Of a stretch of 64,000 bases of DNA, positions 1 to 13,800 are shown one piece after another. The position numbers were made by a program, and so were the translations under genes. Under the pieces are notes generated by a model that worked only from the letters and a program-made list of their open reading frames with translations, made no database searches and had not been told where the DNA came from. The DNA is from Catajapyx aquilonaris. Taxonomy: Eukaryota. The stretch's first letter is position 1, and each line of letters starts with the position of its first letter. The stretch spans positions 1 through 64,000 of the forward strand of contig JYFJ02001209.1 of NCBI GenBank assembly GCA_000934665.2, written 5' to 3'.

Positions 1-120
1 CCCCTTCCTCCACATCCTCCAAGTCTCAACTCGGAAGATGTTTTCGGTTACAGAATAACACAAGTCGCCATCTTGGCCAGAGACGTCGTCGGCTGCAAAT
101 TTTTTTTTCTGGCCCTCAAC

Positions 121-189
121 CGTGGAGACCCGGCATTTGAACCCGCATCTCCCGATTCGGAGTCTCATGCGCTACCTCTGAGCCACGCT
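121..189 (-). mobile_element. tRNA-derived SINE head / tRNA-like pseudogene
   Basis: Reverse complement reads AGCG-TGGCTCAGAGGTAG (Pol III A-box-like)...GGTTCAAATGCC (B-box-like) at tRNA spacing; the stems pair poorly, so it is not a functional tRNA. Confidence 0.5.
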
Positions 190-283
190 CAGGTGCAACG
201 AGGGTGTGAGTGTTGGAAGGGCCTACCTAGCCTATTTACCAGATGCAGTATGTCCTAAATCGCTTTGGCTTAAACCGGTCGCC

Positions 284-420
284 AATGATAGGGGGTCAAA
301 AGACCGCAGGAGGTAGGAAGCCAGCTGCGGGATCGAAAATGTCTGTATACCTTCCATTTTCGATCCCGCAGCTGGCTTCCTACCTCCTACGGTTAAGTCT
401 TCTTTTGATCCCCTAGCATT
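284..420. mobile_element. Short foldback element (MITE-like palindrome)
   Basis: Perfect 34-bp inverted repeat 308-341 / 355-388, extended by imperfect outer arms AATGATAGGGGGTCAAAAGA (284-303) / TCTTTTGATCCCCTAGCATT (401-420). Confidence 0.75.
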
Positions 421-927
421 TAAAAAATCGGCTAGGTCGTCAATCTATCCGATTTTTCCTTGTGGCCCATACTAGGGTATCAAAAGAAGGCTAGAGGTAG
501 ACAGGCGCAAGAGGTAGCAGGCTATTGACCCAAAATGGAGGGTCAGCCCCCACCCTACGCACCCCATAGTCCCTACATATGTCTTATACCAGGGAGTTCC
601 ATTCTCAAACCTATTAGCCCCCCAAATATGCACTCCTAAAAATTTAACTATATAGGTCCAATAAAATCACCAGCACATGCAAATGAATCAGCACACCTTT
701 TAGGGCATTTCCCATGGTTTGTTGCAGGCTGACCTTTGACCAGAAAGGCCCTAATATTAGGTTTTTGGTCAGAGGCATGCCCTACTACCTCAGTTTCCAT
801 CTGTCGGATCTTTCGTAATGAGACTGTACAGAGCACAGTACATAGATATACAGTATATCTCTCGATGTGACGAAGTATGTCCCTAGCCAAATGTAGGAGT
901 CCCTGTTGGCCGGTAATCTGTGTGGTT

Positions 928-1005
928 GGGGAGTAGGCGAATGGTTATGGTCACCTCCTTGGGATCATGAGGATGGTCGTTCGATACCTGTTCGGCGCAC
1001 TTTTT
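928..1005 (+). pseudogene. tRNA-like sequence (degenerate tRNA or SINE head)
   Basis: A-box-like TAGGCGAATGG, B-box-like GTTCGATAC (979-987), ~72 nt long and followed by a T-run (1001-1005); the acceptor stem does not pair well. Confidence 0.35.
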
Positions 1006-1485
1006 CTTTTTCTAATGATGTAGATATTAAAAGGTGGCTGCTGATAGCATCACTGCATCGTGGCTTTGCTCTATGGATGAATAAAATAAAATACCCACCC
1101 GCTACTACTGTGAGATGCGCAGATCGTCGACGCGGTTTTAGATAGTCTATTTTCATCCTATGGCTAGCTGTTCCTTCTCCTTTCCAGAAAGCCTATGTAA
1201 AATATCTGTACTGTACTTAGTAATTAATCTGAAGGTGACATTACTCACAGATGGCTTGATTTAAATACACAGGCAACATGCAAGGTTCTGTCTCTAAATG
1301 GCATTATAAACAGCTTCACATTGCATTGCTTGGGAACAATAGTCTGTAACAAGCCAATCACTATAGCAGCAATTCTGTAAACAAGTCCTACTTTTTAGGC
1401 CCAGACCTCCAAATTACAGTTCTGTAAAATCTCTTCATAAAATCACATGTAAAAAATTGTACACTCAAGAACAAAGATTGGCACC

Positions 1486-3173
1486 ATGGCACGTGAGGCA
1501 AGCAAAACAATCGCCGACATGTTATTAGATTGCAAGGTAAGGTGATCCCACTTGGTTTGTCTCCTTCCTGAAATGCCCGTACCATTCTCAGGCCAACACT
1601 GCCCAACTGGAAGTGGCCTTCCACAACCTTGCCAGCATGCTCCACAGCTCAACACAAGAAGTGCCAGAGGAAATAATCGACAAGAGACACCAGCAGTTGG
1701 ATGAAACAGTGAAATTGCAGTCTCTCATCCTGCACAGGCTGACTCAAGGCATTGACAACCTGTCCAATCTCTTGGATTCTACTAACGGTGTGCCTCCCAA
1801 GCCCAAGGACTTCACGTACATCGCAGGTGATGAAAAAGACAATGGGCTACACATACTGCTTTTAGCAAGCCAACAAAGGCAGGTATCAGATACAGTAAGT
1901 AATTGGACCCAGGAAAGGCCGGATGTGAAAATTTTGCTATGCCCCAATCTAAAGGACCAGTTTTACAGGAAATAGGAGAGCATCTATTGCATCGCTTCTA
2001 CAGCATTAGGCACGATTTGGACAAAACCCATACGGAGACCTTCAAACTTCGGGATGAGGTTCAAGAAGTGTTTGGCACCATGGCGAAAAAGCTGGAGGAG
2101 TCACGCACGGAATTCGAAGAAGTCCTGTACAATAAGTTGAAAAAGAACCTCGGAAAAGTCCTAATTGAACATCAAAATATTGCCTTCTTAGGGGAAACTG
2201 CAGAGTCGTTCCCTAAAATTCGCAATCAGTTGAAGCAATTCCATTCCAACTGTGACGGTACTTGGAATTTTGTAAGTTAACATTTTTCAATTGATGAAAT
2301 TATCTCGTCTGTTCTAATCATGACTGTTCTCCAATATTTTTGCCACAGTTCCAGCTTCCTTGGCATGTTAAACAATTCTGCCTGTACTGTCATTACACCC
2401 AGTATTCAACAGCTTCTCTCCCCACAGCTGGCTAAGTCTCGAACAGAAGATGCGAAGCTATTGACTCAGAAGGAATGGATGTTATTCATCGAATCCATTT
2501 CCATAAGCGGACCAGATTCCCCTTTCACTCCCGCAATTGGCCTTCCCATTCAGCAGCTGCCTGAGACTTTGCTCAAGACGATGGCAGAAATGTACAACTC
2601 ATTCCACACAAAGCACAGGGAATTAGTGATTGCACATGCTGATACTTTCTGGAATAGCTTTGGAGATCTGACGGTACCTAGCTTGCACTTAGGAGCAGCA
2701 ATATGTTGACGTGGACAGGAAATCTCGACATAGTAATCCTGCATGTCATTACTTTCAGAGCCACTATGAGGAGAAGGCTTGCAAAATCAGGCGCGAAGCA
2801 CTACTGACGTCAATGAATTTCTTGAAAATTTCTCATAGCCTCCTCCACCTAAAAATCCCGAGAGTCATATCCAGGATAGAGGTATGTGCTCATCAGTAAC
2901 TAATATGCTATTGATAATAATTTCCCTCCCCATTCCATTGACGCCTGTCACTCGCAGACTTTCTTGCGCCATGCAACACCCCTTTCAAAAGACCCGCAAG
3001 CTCCATGGGATGTAGTAGTGCGTGCTGTGGCAGACAAAGTTCGCGAGAACTCAACGCCTAACATTAAAGACTCTCATGAGAATGAGGAAGACGAGGACAA
3101 CGATTACAATCAGTGGTTGGAAGAGAGATCTCGCACCCGGAGGTGTCCATCTCCCAAATCCATCCGTAAATAA
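1486..3173 (+). CDS. Uncharacterised ~413-aa protein, 6 coding exons, predicted largely alpha-helical
   Basis: Exons 1486-1536, 1592-1894, 1969-2271, 2428-2673, 2759-2881, 2958-3173 join through GT-AG introns (donors GTAAGG, GTAAGT, GTAAGT, GTACCT, GTATGT), all phase 0, into one 1242-nt ORF (MAREASKTIADMLLDCK...SPKSIRK*). ATG lies in CACCATGG context with an in-frame stop upstream. No family recognised. Confidence 0.7.
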
Positions 3174-3798
3174 GTCATCCAGCATTGCTCTTGAATGAAG
3201 TACGAGCTTGGAAGTGCAGGACTTGTCCATAGAATCAGTAAAGGGTCACATTAACATTTCCTTCAGCACAACACAGCAATTGCAGTTCAACAACGAAACT
3301 GGAAAAGGGGCTCACACCTGAAATATACATATGCGGCTCTGTGCCGTTACTATTCCAAAGTTGCTTTATTCAACCTTCAATCTGCCAACAGATAAAATTT
3401 CCAAGTTGCTCAGGTCAAATAAGGCCAAATGTTTTACGCCACGATTCCTGCCCTCTAGTTTGCATCTTGTTCGCCCCCACATAATGGAACAAATAAGGTC
3501 ACACTGGTCTGCAACAATCGCAGACAAAATCACTCCGGTTTACCAAAATAGCATTTTCCTATGAAATATTAGCTAACAGAATAGCATTTATTTGTATAAC
3601 TTTTTTTTCCATACTTTTTTTTTTCAACTCTTGTCTATTGGTTATGAAACCTACGGGTAGACTATAAAAGCAATTAAGGGTGGCAAGTGTTGATCAACAA
3701 TATAAAGGATTACAAAACTGGCTTTGCTTCAGAGGAATAAGAAGTAACTGCATTCTTGCATCTTGAGCTCGCTTCTCTTACTCGTACTCGCACTCTCA

Positions 3799-3814
3799 CT
3801 CTCTCTCTCTCTCT
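3799..3814. repeat. (CT)n microsatellite in the presumed moesin 3' UTR
   Basis: Direct reading of the CT dinucleotide run. Confidence 0.85.
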
Positions 3815-4807
3815 GTTAGCCCAACAAAGTTCAACAATGTTTGCATCGATACTTGGAGGCAAAAGAGGTGGCAATCTCTCCCTTCAAGGCTTGTGCTCGC
3901 TGCCACTGTAAAGCGGCGCTAGCGCAAAATTGTTTAGTATTCGATGTCTGAACAAAAGGGAAGCAAAGGGAAGTAAAAAATAAATCGATTGCTAGCCACT
4001 GTGTATGTACATGCCGAAAAGACAAAAGTTTTAAGTGCCCGTAAATGGAACAGAAGTCGCTACAGTCAGATTACCCCTCTCAGCCTCCAGCACCACGTCT
4101 TAGTCTTCAGGTTGCACAATAATCTTCGATATGCCAAATGCATTTGAAAACAACGTAAGTCCGCACCCAATGTACACATAGAAAAAATATACTGCTTGTA
4201 AAACATGAGAAATCGACTTGTGTTGTTATTATCGTTCATCTTTCCCTGTACTATTGAACTTTAGGAAGAAAGGTAAGCTGGAAGATGCATGGAAAATCCA
4301 TGCAGAATACTGCCAAAAGATTAGTCTGTGGAATGATCAAGTGCTGAGTATCCTCCCCAAAAAAAGAAATTTTTTTGTTTTGTTTGTTTCCATTATTACC
4401 CACCCCTTGGTTCAATATTACACTTGTCCCATGATTTACTTTCTCCCTGAATTCCACCCCACTATCCAGTCAGGCCACCAGTTCCCTGCCACACAAGTAT
4501 TGAGATAATGCATCGAAATGACACTCAATTGGGTAAATCTTTGATAAAGATAAATGATATGCAGCAGACCCCTATAGTTAGAAACAATGGTGGTCTCGAA
4601 AACCAAAAAAAAAGAAAGCAACAATAATAATAGTAATAATACAAGAGGGAGAACAAACGATAATGAGTGGAAGAGTGAAAAGATGGGGAATGGGTCTTGA
4701 AGAAAGAGAGGAGACACACACGAAAAAAAAATTGGTAAACCAACCCCCAGGAGCAGGTCCTCTTGTCCTACCCGGAAACGTAAGTGGGTACGAAAAAAAA
4801 AAAAAAA

Positions 4808-7800
4808 TTACATGTTCTCAAACTGGTCCACCCGCCTCTTGGTGTTGCCCTTGCGGATTTCACGCAGGGTCTTGTACTTGTCCCGTCCCTGCCGCACGTT
4901 CTCCTTGTGGATCTTGTCCATCTGCGTCTCCTTCTCCACATCACGTGTCTGCGCCAAGTCTTCCTTCAGCGCCTGGTAAGCAAAAGCATATTTTAATGGT
5001 GCTGACAGCGGCAGTTTACTCCTTTCACTACAACATCCTGACAGTATAGTCAGAACATTAAGGGACGAAAAAAAGGGTCAACAGTACACTTGGTGACAAA
5101 AGTATGAAATTTGGCACGAGCGTCCTTGAGACCATATGGCGCCATGACCGTTTTCGCCCAGGTGATAAAGACGTGAAACTCAGTAGACATGTTCAATGGA
5201 TGCTTCTGAACAAATCTGGACATGGCGGCACAATGACTGACCCCACTGGAGGTCACTATTGCCGGGTTTCTGTATCTAACAGACTGTGCAACATGCATTT
5301 ATATCCGGCAAGGTCGGTCATCGTGGCCCCACGTCCAGATTTGTTCAGAAGCGTCCAGTGAACAAGTCTACAGAGTTTCACGCCTTTATCACCTGATGCA
5401 GGCTCCCTATTCATGTAAAGGTCTGCTGCACCTGCCTCCGGGGCAAAAACGGCAATGGCGCCATATCTGGATTTGAAGAGTATGGTCTCAAGGACATACG
5501 TTCCAAATTTCATGCTGTTATCACTAAGTGCACGGTTGAATCCCTTAATGTCCTGACTACTACTTGTGCACAGTCAAGCAGGCATAGCAAGCACTCTCTA
5601 CTAAAAATCTGTGCATATTCTATAAGTTCAGGTGGATCAAACAACCTCTGCAATTTTGAGATGGCGCACCTTGAGCTGGTTCTGCAGTCTCTCGCTCCTC
5701 TCTGCCAGTGTCTGCCGGTCCTCCACTGGGTCCACAATGTTATCGTCTGTGAGCAGGTCCCGGCTGACGTCACCATTAGGCAGATCATCATTCTCTTCAT
5801 GGTCATTCTCAACCACATGATGGTGCTGGGGTGTGGTGCTAGCCTGCAGAAGGGCCGCTGCTACCTCCTCTTGCTTCCTGCGGGCCTCCTCAACTTCAGT
5901 CTGTGACAAAGTGGAAAGGCCGAGTCAGAACAACATGTATTGAAACAGCAACCAGATCAGTGCACTTCTCACACCAGGGGTAAAACTGTGCATAAATTTT
6001 TGTTATCAACCCACTGCAACAGGGTAACAAATTACAGATCTTATTTCAGCAAAATGTATGAGAATGTCATGTTCCCACATGTCCTCTTCATGTAGCAGAT
6101 AACAGTAATGACTAATGAGTAATAACTGTCCTCATCATAACATTAGTGAAAGCTATATAAATTGAGAAATATTTTTACCTTCTGACACAATAATTACAAT
6201 TCTCTCAATTAATATGCATCATCATGACTTCACTGATCATGCCACTCCGTTCATTTACTACTTGGAATACTCGTAAAATTTTGACAAAACATCTGCTGCA
6301 CATTAACAACCTGTGCAAACATCTTTCGTGCCCACAAGTTCGACAAGAACCAACACTCGTGGCTTCTTAAACCACATGTGACACTACTTCCAAATCACTC
6401 AGCCCATTGCAGTGGGTTAATGACTTCAATATGCATGCAGTAATGTCAGTTCTCCAACTGTACAGAACTGTACAACTACCCAAACACAATCAACTATTAC
6501 AGGGGACGTAATCAAGAACACAATGTTAGGAGTACATGAGAGTAAATCTGAGCCACAATGATTTGCTTTCCAACTTACATTTCTGGCAGCCTGTTACAAA
6601 AATGACAAGAAGGAAGTAATTAGCCTTTTAAAAACATGATGACACTTACAAAGTGAACTACTGTGCAAGGCTCTTGCCCAAAATTTGTGCTGATATAACT
6701 TTCAACGGGACAATTAATTGACAACCTGCGAGTTCCCCCTTGAACGGCCATTACCTGCAAGCGACGAGTCTCCTCATCCTTGTCCTGCACCTCTTGCTGG
6801 ATGCGCATGACCTCCTCCTGCTTGGTTCGAATCTCTTCCTCCAGCTTGGCCTTCTCCGCGGCTTCCATCTCCTTGCTCTCTTCCAGTCTGGTCAACATCA
6901 TCTGCACACACAACCAACACAATTATTATTTCTGATCCAAAGCAATCAACTCGCGCCATGCAGAATACCACAGGATTACGTGCAAGATTAGTAATAAATT
7001 CAGTGTTTCAAACAGTGTTACCAACAAAGTTCAATCACTTGCTCTGGTTTTATCCCACGTTTACATGTGAGCAATTTGATCAGCGATGTGCAGCGATAAG
7101 CGTTGCTGAGCTATGAAACGAATCGTTTGAAATGAAAGTAACTATCGATTTTCGCCCCCAAATAATTGGTTCCATCACTCAGTGATGCGCATCGCTGCTC
7201 AAATCGCTCACATGTAAATGCGACTAAACTATCAATGCGCAACAATTAAATACCTATTGCCAAAACTTTCAACATTCGCCTTCAAGCAATAAGTACAATT
7301 TCCAAAAACTGAGACGTCAGATGGCAAAAAAATAAGAAAAAAAGGCGTAACCCACTCACATGCAACTCATTCTGCTTGCCCTCAAGCTCTTCCTTGGCTT
7401 GCTGCAAGCTTCTGAGCTGATCTTCCAGGCGTCGAATGGTGTCTTGTGCGTTGATGAGCTCCTGCTGTCTCTTCTCCATCTCATCCTGCAAGGCCTTGAG
7501 CCTCTCCGCATACTCTTGCTGCTTCCTCTCCGCCTGTTCTCTGGCTGCAATCTCTCTCTGCAGCTTCTCCCTCTCCTGCTGCTTGGCCAGCTTCTCTTCC
7601 CGGGCCTGTGCCTTCATTTGCTGCACTTCGATTGTGTCCGCCTTCCTGCGACGCATGTACAGCTCGTGGTTACCCATACAGAGGGCCAGGATTCTCTTGT
7701 TGATGCGCAGGCGCGGCGCGAAGAACACAAAGTCTGGAGCCTTTTTGTCGATTGGCTTGATCACAAACTTGCGGTCGTTGAATGAGATGTTGCGGATTTC

Positions 7801-10800
7801 TGACCAGGGGAATCCAATCTTGGGTGTTAGTCTAGTTTTGTGGAGAAATTGGCAAAAAATTATTGTGGGGCACATGAGGCATAACAGTTAAATCTTGAGT
7901 GAAAATATCTCACTTGTCATCCTTCTCATAAATGTTAAGTCCCAGGGCATCTACACCAAGCCAGAGTTCTGTCCCCTTCTTGTTCTTGATCTCAAAGTAA
8001 TTTACTCCGTACATTTCCAGATCTTGGGCAATCTTCAAGTACTCCATCATGGCATCTTCCCTGCACAATCAAGAATTAATCAGTATTGTCAAGGCAATTC
8101 CACTTCCTGAACCGTGACACTGCACACAATACCTGAGCATGCCCTTATGCTCCTTCCACCAGGTAGTGATCCTATCTTCCCACTCCTCTCGGGTCATTTT
8201 GTGTTGGTCCATAACCCTGTAAGAAATATTATCATCAGATACTGATCACATGCAGCAACCAATGGGCACAAACCTCTGTGGCAAAAGCCTATCGTTGGCC
8301 AGGGAGCCAAGGGTGTGAAGTTCTTTGTTGTAATCACCATACTTGGCCTGAACAGCATATGACGCCAGAAGAACTGACGTCTCAGGAGGGCAATAAATGT
8401 CATCTGATAGTATGGCGTTCTTCACTTGAAGATAGAAGAGTCTCTGAAAAGTTAAGCCAAAGGTCAGAGCTGTTCGTCCTGTACGTGGTGCTAAAACGAC
8501 TCACCAAGGTGATGTCCTGGATAATTTCTTCCGCCACGTCTTCTGGATAGAATTTGGCACGAAATTTGAATTGCAGTGGCGATTCCTTTTTCACATCTTG
8601 ACTCATCACCTGTAACAATGTGGAAACAAACTTTTATAAACCAGTCATCATGCTAGGTTTTGCTACCAAATGATAATGCAACTAATCAAAAGGCTGAAGA
8701 AAACTACAAACAACACATTACAAGTCAGTTACTGAGAAGGCAGCCAATAGTTAATTCCCTATACTCTCTTATTCCATATCAATATCCCTTTCAGCAGAAG
8801 CCACATATCCACTTAATCCTTAGCAATGACTAAGAACCTGGCTGCAACCGACTGACGTCACTATCTCTTGTGATAACACGTTCCACTTGGCCCAAATCCG
8901 GGTCCCAAACTATGCTTTAAAATGTAATGCTCACAAGTGAAACCCACTTCAGGTACATCCAAGAGAGTCCAGAAATAAAACCAGCATTAGCATATGGCTA
9001 TTTTCATTCAACTGCTTGGGAGGGGTAGCGCCAACTTAAAAGCAACGCTTGAAATGGCCCCTCCACTACTCATCTACAAATGTCAGCTTTACTTCAGCAA
9101 CAACATCACATACAGTCACCGAAGAAGGTCGTTCTTACCACGTTTTCTGAGCCCTTCCTTCGAAGAAAGCGGGCCACTTTGGTACAAAAATTCTCCCCCT
9201 GGCAAGCATGAAAGAAAAATTGGCCAGTCTAATCACCAGCCTTACCCCTGGTCCACCATTCATGACAAAGTATGGGGAAGTTGCTGTTGCGCAATGTGCC
9301 TTGGGGCGGATGTGCACCGGCTTCCTTGCATTTCATCACCTTTGCTTCCGAGAAATTGCAAAAGCACAAGGCCACTGACATCCCTACTCCTATGAATGAA
9401 CCACATCCAATCGATTCATTCCTCCTGAATGATTTCACCCGATCACAGGTGCAACACCTGACTTCTGAAAATTTTCCATTAGGAAAGTACACCTGACGAG
9501 GAAGTTTGCATCATCAGAAAAATAGGTCCTTTTATTTTTATGTTCTCGGTACTTCACAATAAAACAGCTTCTAGTGGATGGGCTAACCTGCAAACCTGTA
9601 CTGCCTGAGGCCAACCTCATCACCACATTTCTTAGTCAGCGCTCTTATGTGCCGTCATCTCGTGAAATATCTGCCTGCACTATAATGCTAGTAAGATATG
9701 GCAGAATAGTACTGGGAAGGTACTTTACGATATGCATATCATTTCGTTATGCAATACAAAATTTAGTCATAAGAGTCGATAAATTACTCTGCATATTTGT
9801 AACTGTTCATGCTTCCATGCCAATAAAAGTACCAACTAGAAAAATTTTCAAGCTCGTATCTATTCCCTCCTAATCCTGTTAAAACACTGGCAATTCAGTT
9901 CCCTGAAATAGTTACCTCTCTCATTACTTTTAACACGTGCGTACTTTCCCACCAATTAAATGTCCATACACAACCTTGAAAGGAAAAAGAAAAAATATAT
10001 CCTTGAACCATGTGCTGAGTGATTTCATTACCACCTAACACATATTACACAAGTGTTACTGTGAGAGACTAGTCTAAAACAATTATGCATTATTTGCACC
10101 CCTCTCTCTTGAAAATCAGACCTAACAATGGTTAAATTAAGAGTCTTCAAGTTGTCGTCTCAGCTTCCTTCATGCTTCTCACCCCCTGCTAAGAAGGCTC
10201 CTTACAACTTCTTCTTTTGTTGCATAAAAGGAGGTCAGTGGCATCAGAAAGAGCCAACCAACCATTTACAAACAGAGTTTTCTAAATGAGAAGAGCTCTT
10301 TCAAGGTTCTGAGTCCCAAAGCCCTTCTGATTTTATGTGCCCTTGAGAAATGCTATGCATGAATATGAAAAATATAGCTCCAAAGTTCTACCTCGGGTAT
10401 CACACATTAATGCACCCATTATCCGGTTACACATGTAAAACTACACTTCCCTGAATGCTGCTGAGGCACAATTTAATTCGGAAAGGCGGATTTAATCACA
10501 AACCATTTTAGTTTGGAAACACCCTACATTTAAGTCTACAAGCAATGCTTGCATTGGATGCAAAACTGAAACAATTGTGGGCCTTCAATAAATTTTGTGC
10601 CCGCAATTTAACTTATTTCCCCAATTACACAGAACTGCCAGCTTATCAGCTGTATATGTGGCACCAGTAAATGGACAATCACATGTTTTATTGACCTATA
10701 AATCAAATCATTCCTGCACATTGAGTAACACTGTCTTCTGGTTTCTCCCTACCCCAATCCAGAAATCCACTTTTAAAAGCAGGTATGAGGTAATTGTACC

Positions 10801-13800
10801 GGTCTGACACAATCGCTAGTGGTGTAAACCTTGCACATTTCCCTACTCACACCTGACCTACAATGCATAATTCATTCCCTTTTTCCACCGTCTTTCCCTG
10901 GGGAAGCCCCTGACTGGCACCCACTTTTACCCTCTTTTCAGCAGCTCCTTCCTTTCCCCCCCTCCTCACTCTCCCAACCCACCTTCTTGTTCAGCTTGAG
11001 CCACGTGGAGTACCCCTTGCTGTCCACATACTGCAGGCCAAAAAACCAGATTTCTCTGAGGCCGATGGTCTTCACCACCTGGTCAAAGAGCTGTTTGCCT
11101 GTCGTGCTGGGCTGGATGGCAAACTCCAGCTCCGCGTCCATGGTGGTGACGCGAACATTCACCTGGAAATGAAGGAACATGTCAATTTGGTCTCCAATGG
11201 GATTGACTGCCAACAAAATTACACTGAATAAAATAAATCAGCGCTTAACATTTTACCTCTCATGCAGTAAATGCATGACATTTCTCAATATCTGCAAACA
11301 TGCAGAGCCATTTGCCTTGTCCTCCATAGTTTGAGTGCCTCAACAGTGTACGTCATAAAAAAGGATAGACCTTATAATGATTTTACAGTGGAACCTGACC
11401 ATAGCAGTCATTTCATCCTGCAAATTTTTCCCACAATGGGTAGGTTTTGTTACATGCAATAGAAACATTGAGAAATATCAACCGCCAAAATCCAGGGCCA
11501 AACAAAATTTCTGTAATTGATAAGTTCTCACTCTGCCCAAGGTCTATTGCAGTCAGGTTTCACTGTACTGTGATTTATTATTATAAATTCAGGAAGACAG
11601 CCACTCAAATGCAGATTTCGAGCAAATGCACCCTGGCAATTTGCGGCAGACTGGAGAATAACTGCCATGTGAAATAATAATCGCAACTACTCAGCGAGTC
11701 TTTTGAAATAAAACTGTACAAAGTATTTCACTGGAAGCAGTACTTGCCTCTTGGCTAAAGAATGGAATGCCTTCTGGACCTATGTGCTCACTGCTCAAGT
11801 AATAAAAATAAATTACCATATTGAACAATGAGGGTATGGTGAGCAACCAAAAGAAAAATAAAGTGTCCTATATTCAAGCCGCTTGTATACCTTACGAGAA
11901 GTAATGCCATGTCAGGTTCAACCACTGGATTATTTTACTCTTTGGGTCAAGGATTCCATATTTTGCCATGAAATCAGGCAAAAAGTATGAATACTAATAG
12001 CAATGATCCACATCACACATCATTATGTCAGTGTATATTTTTAATGAGTGCTCATTCATAACTCAATATTTATTCCATCTCTTCCACTGCCACTTTTTTC
12101 TTCTTCAACCTAAAGTTCGCCAAACCCTCCACCAGACAAATGGTCTATTTTGGACGGGTTCCAAGAAAGCTTGGGGAGTGCCAGCTGTGTAATCTCTGTC
12201 TGTAGTGGATCCGAAATATCAGTACCAAGTCAGTCATATTCCAGTTCTTTACTGGGTAAAGATAAATTGAAGAACCCCACAAATAGATAACACCTGTATT
12301 TATTGAACTAATTCCACCCAAGGCTAACTGCTGCAATGAGGCAATTTTCCTCAACATATCCAACTATACAAATACCACTATTTGTACAGAACGTATCTAA
12401 CAAGTTATGTTACCATAAAAATGTATTCAAGAAGCAACAAAATATTATTCGCATACACACTGCCTGCTCCATTCCGCGAACATCGGCTAGCACCTAACTC
12501 TCAACTTATCCTTGTATGTGGCATTTCCTTCTATCCCGCTCAACAATTGTTCCCACACAAAAAAGAGGAAGGCCACGAGACTCATCAGAAGCATTGCATA
12601 ATTAAACCAAACAGGCTACTTTTTTAATGCAAGTTGTGTAATTTCATCCCTGAATTCATCCTCAAGAAATATAGCCTGAACACTGCCAACAGCAGAATGT
12701 CAATGATGCCCTCCCACATACAAAACTGCTCAGAAAACTGGCGCATCCCAATGTCACGTTACCCCGCAATAAAAGGTTCAATGCCAGATCTGCAATTATG
12801 CAGTACCTACTCCCATCCGCCCGCAACCCATGATGACCACCTTCTCAGAACGCACCAAGATATCACCAGTCCTTGAAAAAAAACATGACATTTAAGAAAG
12901 GGCCGCTATGCTAATGTCACCCGTCCGTGACACAGTAACATACTATCTATCCTATAAAACGCCTTCAGGCCTGTAACGTCATCCTGACTCAAGGCAACCC
13001 ACACCAGGTAAAATTTTATTCCGCTCTCACCAATTCTCTTAAAGACATTATGAGACAACTAATTCTCCACCACACCCCTATGCCAGGCAAGATTAGCTCA
13101 CACTCCATCTGTACGAGGGCATGAGTCATCCTGGCACACATCAGGCCCAGAATNGGGGGGTGCCTGCTGTTGATTCAAGTGCACTCCCATGACCCCAATT
13201 TTTTTTTTTTGCTGTAATCCACCCAGCCCACATGCAAATCAACCCTGATTTATGTACAGATGCACCATGTTAATTCACCAAAACTGTACGCCCATTCGTC
13301 GCATCAATATGTTCGTCTTTTATTATTGTAGACACACACATCTTCGTGCAACGAGGCCGATCCCACCATTACTAGCTCATTCAACACGCACCCATCCCTA
13401 TCTCAGAACCACGGAAGAAAGGAGGATTCCTCCTTAGCAATCTCAGGGATGACACAGCTTCCGCATCGTTGCCATATTTCCGAATCAATACTGCGGCAAC
13501 ACTGCAGGGAAGCACAGGTGGCCCGATTGACCCATATACAATTTCCTCTGTATGAAGCGGAACAATTGCCGACAATTCGACGGTCACGCTCGAGCTATTT
13601 ACCAACCCTGAGTGACATATAAGCCGACGTATATATCTCGCATTTCAACACCCGCTTGTGCTGGTTGACCCAGTGTACCCAACACACTGACCCTCTAATG
13701 ACCTTCGTTTTTTCCTCCCATATGTCGAACCGGAAATGCTGACTTACTTCCATGGTGACATCGGCATACTTCCCCCCCCCCCCTACAAATCCCTACAAAA

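Noticed and set aside
5104..5513. Paired ORFs beginning MKFGT..LETI on both strands
   Set aside because: Produced by the inverted arms of a non-coding foldback element.
13154..13154. Single N base before a G-run
   Set aside because: Assembly ambiguity, not biology.
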